Source: Bigelowiella natans CCMP2755
Taxonomy: Eukaryota; Protista; Cercozoa
Assembly: GCA_000320545.1 (NCBI GenBank)
Contig: ADNK01000096.1
Coordinates: 1-64,000 of the forward strand
Direction: 5' to 3'
Length of the DNA stretch: 64,000 nucleotides
The notes under the pieces are model-generated. The model saw nothing but the letters and a program-made list of their open reading frames with translations, was not told the origin of the DNA and searched no databases. The position numbers and the translations under genes are program-made. This document shows, piece by piece, positions 1-10,376 of the stretch (position 1 is its first letter; the number at the start of each line of letters is the position of its first letter).

Positions 1-21
1 GTGTGTGTGTGTGTGGATGTA

Positions 22-60
<39 letters not shown>

Positions 61-197
61 GCGTGGTGTGTGAAAGAAGTAAGCTTTATATGACCGCATT
101 GAAGTCTCCACAAATTATGCAAAGAACAGGGTGAGGAATAGGTTGTTGTGCACGCCTTTTGCTAGATTCCTAAATGACACACACACACACACACACA

Positions 198-235
<38 letters not shown>

Positions 236-364
236 GTGTATTCGTGTGTATCATTTTTTTATGGTTGCTAAATAGACGAATTGATCAATTTTCAAATCCT
301 AACATATGTAATCAGAAGATCTTCGTTGTCGCAGAAAAGAATAATCTATGAACCTCCAATTCTA

Positions 365-2480
365 TTATCTAGTATTCGTAACATTTACAAATAGGCGACG
401 AAATACCCTCTTGATAATTTCAGCCGTTTGTAAGTCCATAGTAGCCCTTAAGGGATTCTTGTTGATCTCGGAAATTCGTTTCTCCGCATAGTCAATACGC
501 TCAGTCTTGTTTTCTATTTTTAAAATTTCATTTTCTCCGGCACGTTCTATTCTAGGGGAATATTTTTGGTCCGAGTCTCGCAACATTTTTATCCTCCTCG
601 AGAAAATCTTCATCAATGGTGATTTTTGCTCTTTTTCTCCAAGAACTGTTTGCGTAGATCTTGAGGATGAAACCATTGCACGCGGTGACGCAGGTATAAA
701 ATCAAACTTTCTATTTTGGACTTTAAAAGCATTTGGTCTCGACGGAGGAGTGAAACTTCTTTTACCTGCTGTTTTTTTGTTTTTGTGTCTTCCCCTTGGC
801 TTCGGAGTGAGAGCCCTGGGTTGCGTTTTGTTTGAAGGTGAGAGCTGTTTAGATGACTTCGCTGATCTGGGGGACTTCGGAGACTTTGGCGACTTTGGTG
901 AACGTCTTCGACGAGAACGGGATCGCGATTGGGATACAGGGCCTATGGTTATATTAGTATAACCTAATCATTTTAAGGAAAACAAAATAAATGGATACTT
1001 CTCCCCCTAGCCTTATCCTCAGGATTAGTAATCCCACGCCTGTCTTCTATCCGTTTTAAGATATTTCTTGCAGCACTGTACCTACAATAAGAAAGAAATA
1101 TGAATTTTGAATAAAATAATTAAATCATAATAGGTGGATCTACCTCCCACGAAAATCTTTGTCACTGGGTAAATGGGAAGATGTTACAAATAACACGTGC
1201 TTCGTAGATTTAACCTGTAGAAGACATTTTACGTACATTGTACTTTATTGTTACAGCACTTTGGCAAATAACCTCAAATTCTGCAATAACCAGTCGCGAA
1301 CGAGGGCTATGCCAACGAAGATTAAATTTGTTCCTACAAACATAAGCTTCTCTCAAAAATAACATGAATTTAGGTGTTTGTGTGCCCAGTACCTCTTGAA
1401 AAAAATGATGGGTTTGACAAAGTCTACACCACCTCTAATAGCGCACATTGTCAAGAATTATACTCATACTCTGTATGGTCGAGGTAACATTTTACTTTGG
1501 GTCTGCGTGTACGTATCCATAGCCTTGTTTACTCATGAACTCGCCGAAATCCTATTGAGAAGTAGTTTTGATGTTCTGTTCAAGATAATTCTGTGCTGTA
1601 TAAATACCTCATCAAGAGATCTCAGTTCGATTTCTTGGAGGCAAAGGAAATCCGCCTATTTGAAGAAATTTGCTGAAGGGAGAAATATGGAAGACGCGAG
1701 GAATGTCGCAGCTGCGACACCGAAAGAAGAGTGAAGAGGATGAAAGTGTATTGTTTTATGTCATTAAATTTCTACTTCAGATACTATCAATGGTCCAGGG
1801 GTGATGAAGGTAGATGTTATGGCAATCGTAATTGTCGGAGGCATTTTTGTTTCCATTGCGAACTTTGAAACTTGATAGCTGGTCATGAAGCATGCGTCTT
1901 CGCTTAGTCCAATCTCTATGTTTCTGAGGGATGAAGTGCTGATCGCGGTATTCGTAGTGCCTATTTATGCCCAATTTGATGTTGTAGGTTCCGCATTATA
2001 TATTTGTCGTTTCGCATTTCATGATTGTTAGCATCTGCTTCCGCTACCACATGCATACATGGGGCTTTCTGTGGTAGATCTATGCATTTCGAAAGTAGTA
2101 CACATGGGTTTATATTTTTGTACAATTTAATTGGGTGACACACACCTTCTCAGTGTGTTGTACGTAACCACGGAAATGGTATCATCCTGCCCCGACTCAT
2201 GGGGTGGCCATTCTTCTGAACTCAGCTCAAAATAATTCAAGTTGACTTCATTCAGATGTTCTTCCGTTTGTGCATTGATGAGGAGGTTGGGACTTTCTCC
2301 TGCATCGAAAACTTCATTTTCGTTCCTAGCTTCATCTACTACGAGTAACTTTGGTGTCAAAGGATTTGAGTCAGTTTCCTCCTCCATTACGAAGCGTCCA
2401 GTTGTTGAGAACTGTAATTTTCTAATTGGTGCAAATCCGAACCTGGCTTGTCTTGCGGCGAAAATCCTCTGGAATTCGCC
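365..2480 (-). CDS. Multi-exon gene: EEP (endonuclease/exonuclease/phosphatase, CCR4/nocturnin/Angel-like) N-terminal half plus a basic SR/SP-rich C-terminal tail; 5' end uncertain
   Basis: Spliced reading gives ISVVTYNTL (~2150), ADFLCLQEI (~1640), FVGIALVRD (~1300) and VLFVTSSHL (~1180). The last exon runs SRSRSRRRRSPKSPKSPKSP into ORF 365..676. Introns are short GT-AG. Confidence 0.65.
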
Positions 2481-2664
2481 TCGTATATATTAAATAATAC
2501 TCAAAACTGCGTGTTAAAAAGATATTTTCTATTCTTGTCTTGTGAATTGCTGTTCTCTGTGGCATTTTTAGACAGATGTAGGCCAATTTGCATCTACGAC
2601 ATTTCGTTGATCAACAACTACAAGGTCTATCCAAAGTTACAACAAAACACAACACCATTTCACA

Positions 2665-4056
2665 ATGGGCTCAGATCAGAGCTCACCCGAAACTCGATAC
2701 AGGTTCCACAATAGCGATTATACTTTCTCGGCGAGAAGTGCGCCTCACATTTTCTCTCACAATATATTGAAGGAAAGAGCTTTTGAAGCTATCGTGGAGG
2801 TAAGATCGTTAACGATGAAAATTTAATTTCGAATTGGGTCATTTCAGTTCATTACGTTTAGGTTGGTCCTTGCTGTCGAAGAAGCTTCTGCAAAACCTTC
2901 ATCGAAGGTATTTACATCACCGTAATTATCAAACTTAAAATCCTTAACTTTTGAAAAATGTCCATTTTAAGAGTCAAAGTAATGATGGAGATGAAAAGAC
3001 TCCCATTAACAAAGGATCACCTGGCGAAACATCAAAAGATGGAAGCCTCGCTACGGTTCAAGTGAGATGAAACTATGGTTTTTTTTACATGATGACCCAA
3101 TCGAACATACCTTAGATCATCCAAGGAAAGGACATACGTCCATTTCATGAAGACTTCGAGAAACAGTTTTTCAATTATTGGTACTTTCGTTTATTAATTT
3201 GAATTGCAAACTTCTAAAATTCAAATGTATGTTTCCAGCCCAGATCTAAGAGCTAAATTCCCGAAGGTGGAAAAATTAAAAAATATATCTTCGTTTTGTA
3301 TCGTGGTTGCCAAAGTCCGTTGGTTATTATCATTGTTTTGGTCGTTATCACTTTTCTATCATTTATTACATTGTGGTCCACAACTTTTGCTTGATCTGAC
3401 ATCCTTCTATGGTTGTACTATGCACAAATATAATGTAGGATTATTCGCTTGTTGCAAGAATGATTCGCCAATTCGTGACGAATGCTATCAGTAAAGCTAT
3501 ATGCTCTGAATGCAGTGAGTTACATGAGCTGCTGTCTTACACAGGTGCAAATGCTATTCCAGCACTGGCGCGAAGATTTGCAAAATCGCACAAGAAATAT
3601 GAGTTGAAACAAGAACATTTCGAGGTTATTAAATTGTTTCTAATGTGAAGAGGTAATTCATGAATTATTTTCATAAAGGGCTTCGCAGAGGCACTAGTAG
3701 ACACCATTCAAGTTCGCTTAGGGTATTAAAAATAAAACCGCAGCTGTGAATCCAAATGAATGAACATAGTCTTTCTACTGCTCTTCTTATTATGTTACTT
3801 TCAGAAAATTTGGAACAATTGAGCTCATCAAAATTTGGAGAGAAGTAACCCAAGATATGATAAAGGTTTCACCTGTGCTTGTACCTAACGTTGTTCACAA
3901 TTTTGCAGATTTTGTAGGTCAAATGATAATGTTCTACTTAATCTTTTTCATTCTGTTCTCATTCCTCCCATCAAAATGCTCATAGAAACGGTCCTAACAT
4001 TTTATCTGTCGTAGGTGATGCGTAAGGAACTTAAAAAGGCTCAAGGACAATCGTAA
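2665..4056 (+). CDS. Single-domain globin, about 10 short exons, predicted N-myristoylation
   Basis: Exons read MGSDQSSPETRY/RKELLKLSW (A helix), FEKQFFNY, PDLRAKFP (CD1 Phe), LVARMIRQFVTNAI (E helix), LARRFAKSHKKYELKQEHFE (F8 His), GFAEALVDTIQVRLG, ELIKIWREV, VMRKELKKAQGQS-stop (TAA 4054-4056). Confidence 0.8.
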
Positions 4057-4149
4057 CAAGATTTCAGTTTCATTTTTGACTCTGACAGCACTTGTCCACA
4101 TAATGTCCATTCGTGTTGAGTCACACAAGTGCGCAAGTTGTAGCTCCAA

Positions 4150-5545
4150 CATCGACAAGGGAGTCCGTTGTGCTACATGCACGTAGCAATTGTGGGTGCT
4201 CAGATGCAAACGCATGCGCGTTCACAAAGCATCATGTTGCCAAGCTTGTGGTGCTAGGATTGGCTCATTTGCTCGTCCCCTCCATGTTTTCATGAAACAT
4301 GGTTGGTGCACACTCTCTTGCAGTCAAAGTGTGTCCGATGCTGTGCGTGTCGTGCACGTTTCACAGATTGCACAGCGGCCACACTAGCACACGTGGTGCA
4401 AGAAAGGAAATCAGATCGGCAAATGCATGATGCTTTGAAGATCCTGCAGTGGTTGTGCACAAGCTCAGGCGAACATTGAACTGAGCATTGATGCAAAACT
4501 TCGTGCGCAAGAATCGGTGAGAAAAACTGCCAGACTGGTTCGAACTGGACTCTGGTTGCTCATTGCTTCGCTGGTTCGTGTGGGCTTTCCCCAAAGCACA
4601 CGTCGTTCTGCAGCTGTGTCAGGTGCAGAACCAGCGTGGGAACCCATTCGAGGTGTCAATTTTCAAACAGACAGCGTTCATTGGTTGAGTTGTCCATGGT
4701 CCACAACACTGCTGAATTGCAGAGCGAACAAAGAACAATGAACAACAAACAATGATGAAAAACTGCACCTCCAAAGTGTGACAAGACACTTGCAATGTGC
4801 GAAGTGCAGTGACTCGAACTGGCTTTAGTGAGGACTGACCAGCAAGCTAGCGGGGTTCATGCAAATTGGCACGAACGCGAACACTTCACATTGAACGTTG
4901 AACATTGAACGTTGAACATTGAACGTTGAACGTTGAAAGAAGCATTGACACAAACCGAGTGAGCCAGTGAGCAAGAACCACACGGGAGACGTGCACAAAC
5001 ACGCAGCAGCGCCTCAACAAAAATCATTGCGAGGACTTGTCAGCACCTTCTTGTTGGTGTTGAGAAACACAACTAGCTGGTGTCCTGTGACCACGGAAAC
5101 CAAGGGCAATGAAAGGGGCGAAGAAGGCAGAAGCCCGCACATTTGATTTTCCAATGCATCGACTGTTTTTTCCAGCGCCGCCTGTTTTCAACGATTTCCA
5201 GTCGAAGCAAAGGCTGCGACAATCTTTCTGCGATCTGCTTCCTTTCTGTGTTGTCGTTGAATGGCTAGCAGGCTACGTGTTCCATCACATGATCAGTGTT
5301 GCATCAAGAATCATGAACTCAACACAAAGTGCTTCCTTTGCAACATCGAGGAAACCGATGCGATTTCCCACAAATTGTTGAGTGAAAGACACGTTTCCGA
5401 AGAAATCCGCCTCCATTCGATCAGTCGGCTCTGCTTCCTTCAGTTGCTGAGGCACCTCCCCCGATGAGCACATCTCCGTGGGTCAGAATCCAAACAATCA
5501 GAACATTCAGCCCACAAATCAAAGGTGGCCTTTGTGAGCACTCAT
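4150..5545. other. TpA-depleted island 1 containing retroelement relics
   Basis: From 4190 to 5540 the only TpAs I find are CTAG (five), one TTAG (~4826) and one CTAC (~5273). Confidence 0.9.
4890..5520 (-). mobile_element. Decayed non-LTR retroelement 3' fragment with (TTGAACR)n tail
   Basis: Heptamer run 4890-4937, followed by the family core (agaaccacacgggagac...gcctcaacaa...aggacttgtcagcacc). The minus strand near 5440-5510 reads ECSDCLDSDPRRCAHRGRC, a possible CCHC knuckle remnant. Confidence 0.6.
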
Positions 5546-5575
5546 ACCCAACCTCCCCCCTGTCTGTAAGTCACT

Positions 5576-6664
5576 ATGCCAGAAGAGTCTAAGACGACCT
5601 CAGTTTCTCGGAAATCCTCGCTTTCTCAAAAGTCCGACATGAAGCACTCTGGTCCAGCTAAAATCGAACTATCAAAAGCAGCGGCTCTAGTCGTCATCAG
5701 CACTGCATTTGTTCTACCGGAGGCCATCCAAGTCTGGGTAAGCAGCAATGGCGTCAATGTCCCCACTAACCAGCTCGCAGGCGACTCAGAGACCTTCCCC
5801 CCAGGTGTCTTGTTGGCATCTGGGGCTGCAGAGATGTTTGTCATTTTAGTCAGCTTTGCTGTGGGATTTGGATCGCTTCTCTTCGATTTCAATGACGCGA
5901 ACGTAACTTTGGTAGCTGCAGTCAATGCATTCGTATGTGGATGGTTTGTCTTCATCGTAAACACTATTGCGAGCCCAGTTTTCAACTTTCGTGAGGACAA
6001 TATGCCTCCTGTGCCACCTGCTGGGGGGTGGGTAAATCGATTCAGGGAGGAAGCTACATTTTATATGGGATACCTAGTTTCATCTATGGCCATCTGTGCC
6101 GTAGCTCTAGGTTTTCAATTCTTCACCCTTTTATACCTCTATCGCGTGCAAAGTGGATCTCATGATAAGGGAAATCTCCTCAAGCACCGTTGTAGGCTTG
6201 GATACTATAGTTTTTTAGTTACCGTGCTAGGTTCTGGGATGCTTAGAGTCGCTGGCTGGGTCCGAGTCCAAGAAGGAGAATCGAAGCTTCCAGGACCTGT
6301 TGTCTATCCTCCGAACATTATCATTTATGCAGATGTCCAGTTGATGGGAGGGTTATGGACGTTGCTTTATGGTTTACTTGGATTCGCAACAACATTCTTT
6401 ACTCATTCCCAAAACACATATTTTGCTAATCTTATGAAAATATATGGCATCTCCATATTCGCATGGTATATGTTTTTCCACGTGTTTACCCAAGTCGCCC
6501 TTGCTGGTCCAGGATTTTCAGGTCCTGGATGTCAACTTGGTGGTCTTTTCTCAGCTGTAGCTTTGGCCCCCGCCTTTTGTTCACAAGAGCTCGTATTGTC
6601 TTTAGATCTATCAAAATCAGTCATGAGCATTACAGAAAAGACAGCTGAGAAAATTCCAGTGTAA
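5576..6664 (+). CDS. Intronless multipass membrane protein (362 aa, about 8-9 hydrophobic segments), function unknown
   Basis: Uninterrupted ATG-to-TAA ORF with alternating hydrophobic helices. It retains TpA, unlike both flanks. Confidence 0.8.
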   Translation: MPEESKTTSVSRKSSLSQKSDMKHSGPAKIELSKAAALVVISTAFVLPEAIQVWVSSNGVNVPTNQLAGDSETFPPGVLLASGAAEMFVILVSFAVGFGSLLFDFNDANVTLVAAVNAFVCGWFVFIVNTIASPVFNFREDNMPPVPPAGGWVNRFREEATFYMGYLVSSMAICAVALGFQFFTLLYLYRVQSGSHDKGNLLKHRCRLGYYSFLVTVLGSGMLRVAGWVRVQEGESKLPGPVVYPPNIIIYADVQLMGGLWTLLYGLLGFATTFFTHSQNTYFANLMKIYGISIFAWYMFFHVFTQVALAGPGFSGPGCQLGGLFSAVALAPAFCSQELVLSLDLSKSVMSITEKTAEKIPV

Positions 6665-7039
6665 AAATTATGAACATTCGACGATTGGATGGCATTTGAA
6701 GGCTTTCGATCAAATTTTGACGAGAGGGTATCAAGCAGATGATGTGCAATTTGAGCAAAAAACTGAAACTAGACAAACAATTTGATGTGGCCGGCTTCAC
6801 AACTTATAATACTTGAAGTGGAACAACACTGATGTCCAAGTTCTCACTCATTGAGGTTGAAATTGCAGAAGATTTCAGATGCATGTTGTCATTTTGCATT
6901 GCTGAAATTTGCAGAGATTGCGATCACATGCAACAGCAAATGCAAGCGCCGATTTTGTGCACAGCAAGCACGAGCACATGATGATCGACTGTGATTTCTT
7001 TCTCATGGACTTGCTGGGATCAGAGAGGAAGCATTGTTG

Positions 7040-7690
7040 CAAAATCCACGATGACGCACGCAAAACCCACGTGGGAACCAAACAGGCGTTTGCGTGCTGT
7101 CAGCAGCGCCTGCATGCAAAAGTCACTGCGAGGACTTGTCAGCATCGATCCTGATGGTGATGGTCACAACCAGCTGTTGACTTGCAGTGGCTGACTGAAA
7201 TGACCAAGTGTGTGAGTGTGTGTGTCAATGGCTCCAATTGCAACTGGGTCGCAGAAACTTGTTGTGATTGCTGCAACTAGGCCTGCAAGTTGTGCATCCT
7301 GGCATCCGTCAATCAGTCCGTGGGAGACGATGAACAAAGGGGAAGATGAAGACGAACAAAGCATTGATCAAACCTGCGTGCGCCAGAACCACACGGGAGA
7401 CAGGCGTGTGCACACAGCGGAGCCTCAACAAACACCATGCAAGGACTTGTCAGCACCTTGTTGGTGGTGAGTGTTTGGCACAACCAGTCAGTGTCCCGTG
7501 TCCAAGGAAGCTTGGGACAATTGTTTGGAGTGGATTCGATCAGCAAGAACGTGCAAGTGAACACGGGCAGTGCCCAGGACATTGAACGTTGAACACTGAA
7601 CAAAGCAAACCTGCATGCGCCAAAACCACGCGGGAAACAGGCGTGTGCACGCAGTGGAGCCTCAATGAACGCCATCGAAAGGACTCAGAG
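7040..7690 (-). mobile_element. Three diverged short copies of the retroelement 3' end (about 7040-7180, 7350-7490, 7581-7690)
   Basis: Shared core tgatcaaa-ctgcatgcgccagaaccacaygggagacaggcgt...gcctcaac...aggacttgtcagca. Confidence 0.75.
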
Positions 7691-7784
7691 TGTGACCAGG
7701 GTCCAACTGACGTTCAGATTGGAAGTGGTTGGACCTGCTCAACAACCTCGAAGTCACTGGCGACAAGAAAAACTGTTGCGAGCT

Positions 7785-8170
7785 TGGTTCAGATTGGTCG
7801 TGGTTTGATCTGAGCCCTCCCCAAAGCTCAAATCAGACGCGGTGGAGTTTTCAGCCCACGCATTTCCTGTGGCCGAAACCAGGAAAGGAAGTGTGGAGAT
7901 TTTTTCGGGAGTGGAAACTGTTCAGGACAACGAATCCACTCGAGTCAGCACGCAAGTCAGCAATTCAATCGAGTGAAGGCTTTGTCCGGGAAGAACCTTC
8001 AGACACACGTCACACTTCGAACTGGATTCAATTTGGTTTTGGCATGATCTGAGCTCTCCCCAAAGCTCAAACCAGACAGAGTGCAGTTTTCAATCTGCTC
8101 AGGATGGACCTGTTCGAGTCAGACGCGTGGTCGAGCAAAGGCTTCATCCGGGAAGAGTTCACAATGCAAA
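7785..8170. repeat. Diverged tandem duplication (unit about 235 bp) of a second repeat type
   Basis: tgatctgagcYctccccaaagctcaaaYcagac at about 7806 and 8045; ggcttYRtccgggaaga at about 7978 and 8140; weak relative gggctttccccaaagc at about 4582. Confidence 0.65.
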
Positions 8171-8343
8171 TCCAAACTTCACTTGTTTGGCAACCAAGTC
8201 ACCGGTGGCTGGGGCGACACGTCTGTCCATCCCACCAGTGACTGGAACATGGCTCAGGGGTGGGAGGAAAAGCCACACTCGTGACTCAAAAAAATCCGCC
8301 CATGACCGCATTGCGCGCCAACAGGGTGCAAGTCGAGAGGGTC

Positions 8344-8451
8344 ATTGAACACAATGAACAATGAACAATGAACAAAGCGTTGATCAAATCCACATGCGCC
8401 AGAACCACATGGGAGACAGGCGTTGCCAGCATGCAGCAGAGCCTCAACAAC
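8344..8451 (-). mobile_element. 5'-truncated retroelement copy (108 bp) with a 23-bp target-site duplication
   Basis: acagggtgcaagtcgagagggtc occurs at 8321-8343 and 8452-8474, exactly flanking the tail (aatgaac)x3 plus core. Confidence 0.85.
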
Positions 8452-8501
8452 ACAGGGTGCAAGTCGAGAGGGTCGCCTAGTCGAGTTTTTTTCCGACATT
8501 T

Positions 8502-9290
8502 TTGAACAATGAACAATGAACAATGAACAAAGCGTTGATCAAATCTGCATGCGCCAGAACCACATGGGAGACAGGCGTTTGCATGCAGCAGAGCCTCAAC
8601 AACACTCGTTGCAATGAACAATGAACAATGAACAAAGCGTTGATCAAAAACTGCATGCGCCAGAACCACATGGGAGACCGGCATTTGCACAATGAACAAT
8701 GAACAATGAACAAATGAAGAAAGCGTTGATCAAAACTGCACGCGCCAGAACCACATGGGAGACAGGCATTTGCACGCAGCAGAACCTCAACAACACTCGT
8801 TGCAAGGACTTGTCAGCACCCTGTTGGTGAGAGACACAAAAAATCAGCCGCATCCTGTGAAATTGGCATGGATGCCGATTGATGGTGCCGTTGAGATGTG
8901 AATTGATTGGAACCAAAACTGGCATCTTGTGCCGAACAGCAGCAAAATTGTCAAGCAGGACAATGGTTCGACGGAAATCCCTGTCGATTTCTTTGTCAGT
9001 CGAAGGGACACCAGGTGTGGCCCCCAAAGCAAGGCAGAACTTGTCATGGGAAGACATGGCTGAGAAAGCACGCAACAGCAACGTGACCACGTCATCATTG
9101 GCATCAGGTTGATGACGAGACACCAGGTGACGAATCCTGGTCCAAAAACGGTCTCTGATGTCGCAAGTTCCTTGGCAGGAGACAAACAGTGGAGAACAAA
9201 AGGTGCATCAGGGACATGTCTTCGTGAGAATCGCACAAGGAGCACCAGCCCTCATGCTGCTCCAGTGCGAAGAACCTGGCAGTGTCATGA
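8502..9290 (-). mobile_element. Three head-to-tail retroelement 3' ends (about 8502, 8612, 8690); the last extends into a decayed LINE ORF2 C-terminus
   Basis: Each copy begins (+ strand) with (aatgaac)n aaagcgttgatcaaa. The minus strand 9250-9182 reads GWCSLCDSHEDMSLMHLLFSTVC (C-x2-C...H knuckle typical of non-LTR ORF2 ends), then frameshifts to DIRDRFWTRIRHLV. Confidence 0.75.
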
Positions 9291-9296
9291 CGCCAC

Positions 9297-9390
9297 CACG
9301 CAGCAGAGCCTCAACAACACTCGTTGCAAGGTGATGAGACACAAAAACCAGCTGACAACCCATCAGAGGCTCCAAAAAAGCCGCGTGAAC
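9297..9390 (-). mobile_element. Internal fragment of the same element
   Basis: gcagcagagcctcaacaacactcgttgcaagg...acaacccatcagaggctccaaaaaagccgcgtgaa matches 25160-25271. Confidence 0.75.
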
Positions 9391-9794
9391 ATTGAACTGA
9401 AGAGCATTCATGTGCGACGACATGGAAAATGAGCTGCCACAGCTAGTCTACACATGGTGAACACGAAGTGTCTCATGAGTGCAAAGTTGTCTTGGCCATC
9501 CTTCTCATGCGACATGGAGAATGGGCTACAGCATGAACAAAACGGAACCACTACTCCTTGATTTTGCGTCCACACGCAGCTCATCGGCACACCTGAACAC
9601 CAGAAAGGCTGCCACGTGCCAAGGAGGTAGATTGTTTGCATTCATCCACCATCAAAAAACAACAAATAGATGACTCCCCCATTTCAATACATGTACTTAT
9701 TTCAAACGAACTATCGTAATCAAGAGGGACATCGCATCTTCTGAATGGACTATGGGACTTGTTGTGTTTTTCTTAGTACGATCAAGATTAGTAG

Positions 9795-10274
9795 ATGATG
9801 ATGGCGAAACAATGGAGATGTGAATGCTCACCGATTACAACGCTTACATTAAGCTGTGCAATCGTAGCGGCAGGTGGTCTCTTTGCATGTTCCAATTGGG
9901 GTCGAACACAGCAGCAGAACGGCGGGATGTTGGCGACTGGAGCTACAACCTCCTCTTTCATGAGGACTAATGTAAAATGATAGCTATAACCTAGCTTTTA
10001 TATCGCCTAGATAGTAGCCAACACTACCTGTACCCTTTTTCAAAGAAACGTGGTTCTTAATATTTTTGGTGCTACTAATATTGTTTGCAGCTGGGCACTA
10101 CTACTCGAAACACCATCTGCTGCCTCAGGACAAGAGGAGACAGAGATCGTCAGACCCAGAGTAGAGTAGCAGCCAAGGCAGCAGTGTCAAACTTCTTTCG
10201 AGGTGATATAAGTGATATTTTTTTTATATTTCATATTTTGCCCACTCTTTCTCTATCTATCTACCTATCTATGG

Positions 10275-10314
<40 letters not shown>

Positions 10315-10340
10315 GTATGTTGGATAACCACGCTCACGGC

Positions 10341-10376
<36 letters not shown>

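Larger units (their letters stand above)
6815..9660. other. TpA-depleted island 2: nest of retroelement relics
   Basis: Manual scan of 6841-9420 (2580 nt) finds two TpA, both in CTAG (7277, 8477). Confidence 0.95.

Noticed and set aside
4537-4548. GGTTCGAA B-box / tRNA-like motif
   Set aside because: No cloverleaf or A-box discernible.
4890-4937. Telomere-like heptamer repeat
   Set aside because: Always attached to the retroelement core and lacks a G-rich strand; better explained as a mutated tail.
8344-8850. CRISPR-like repeat array
   Set aside because: Units are variable-length copies of one element without unique spacers. There are no cas genes and the context is eukaryotic.
6841-9420. 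CpG deamination or classical RIP as the cause of TG/CA richness
   Set aside because: CpG is plentiful and TpA is lost rather than gained.
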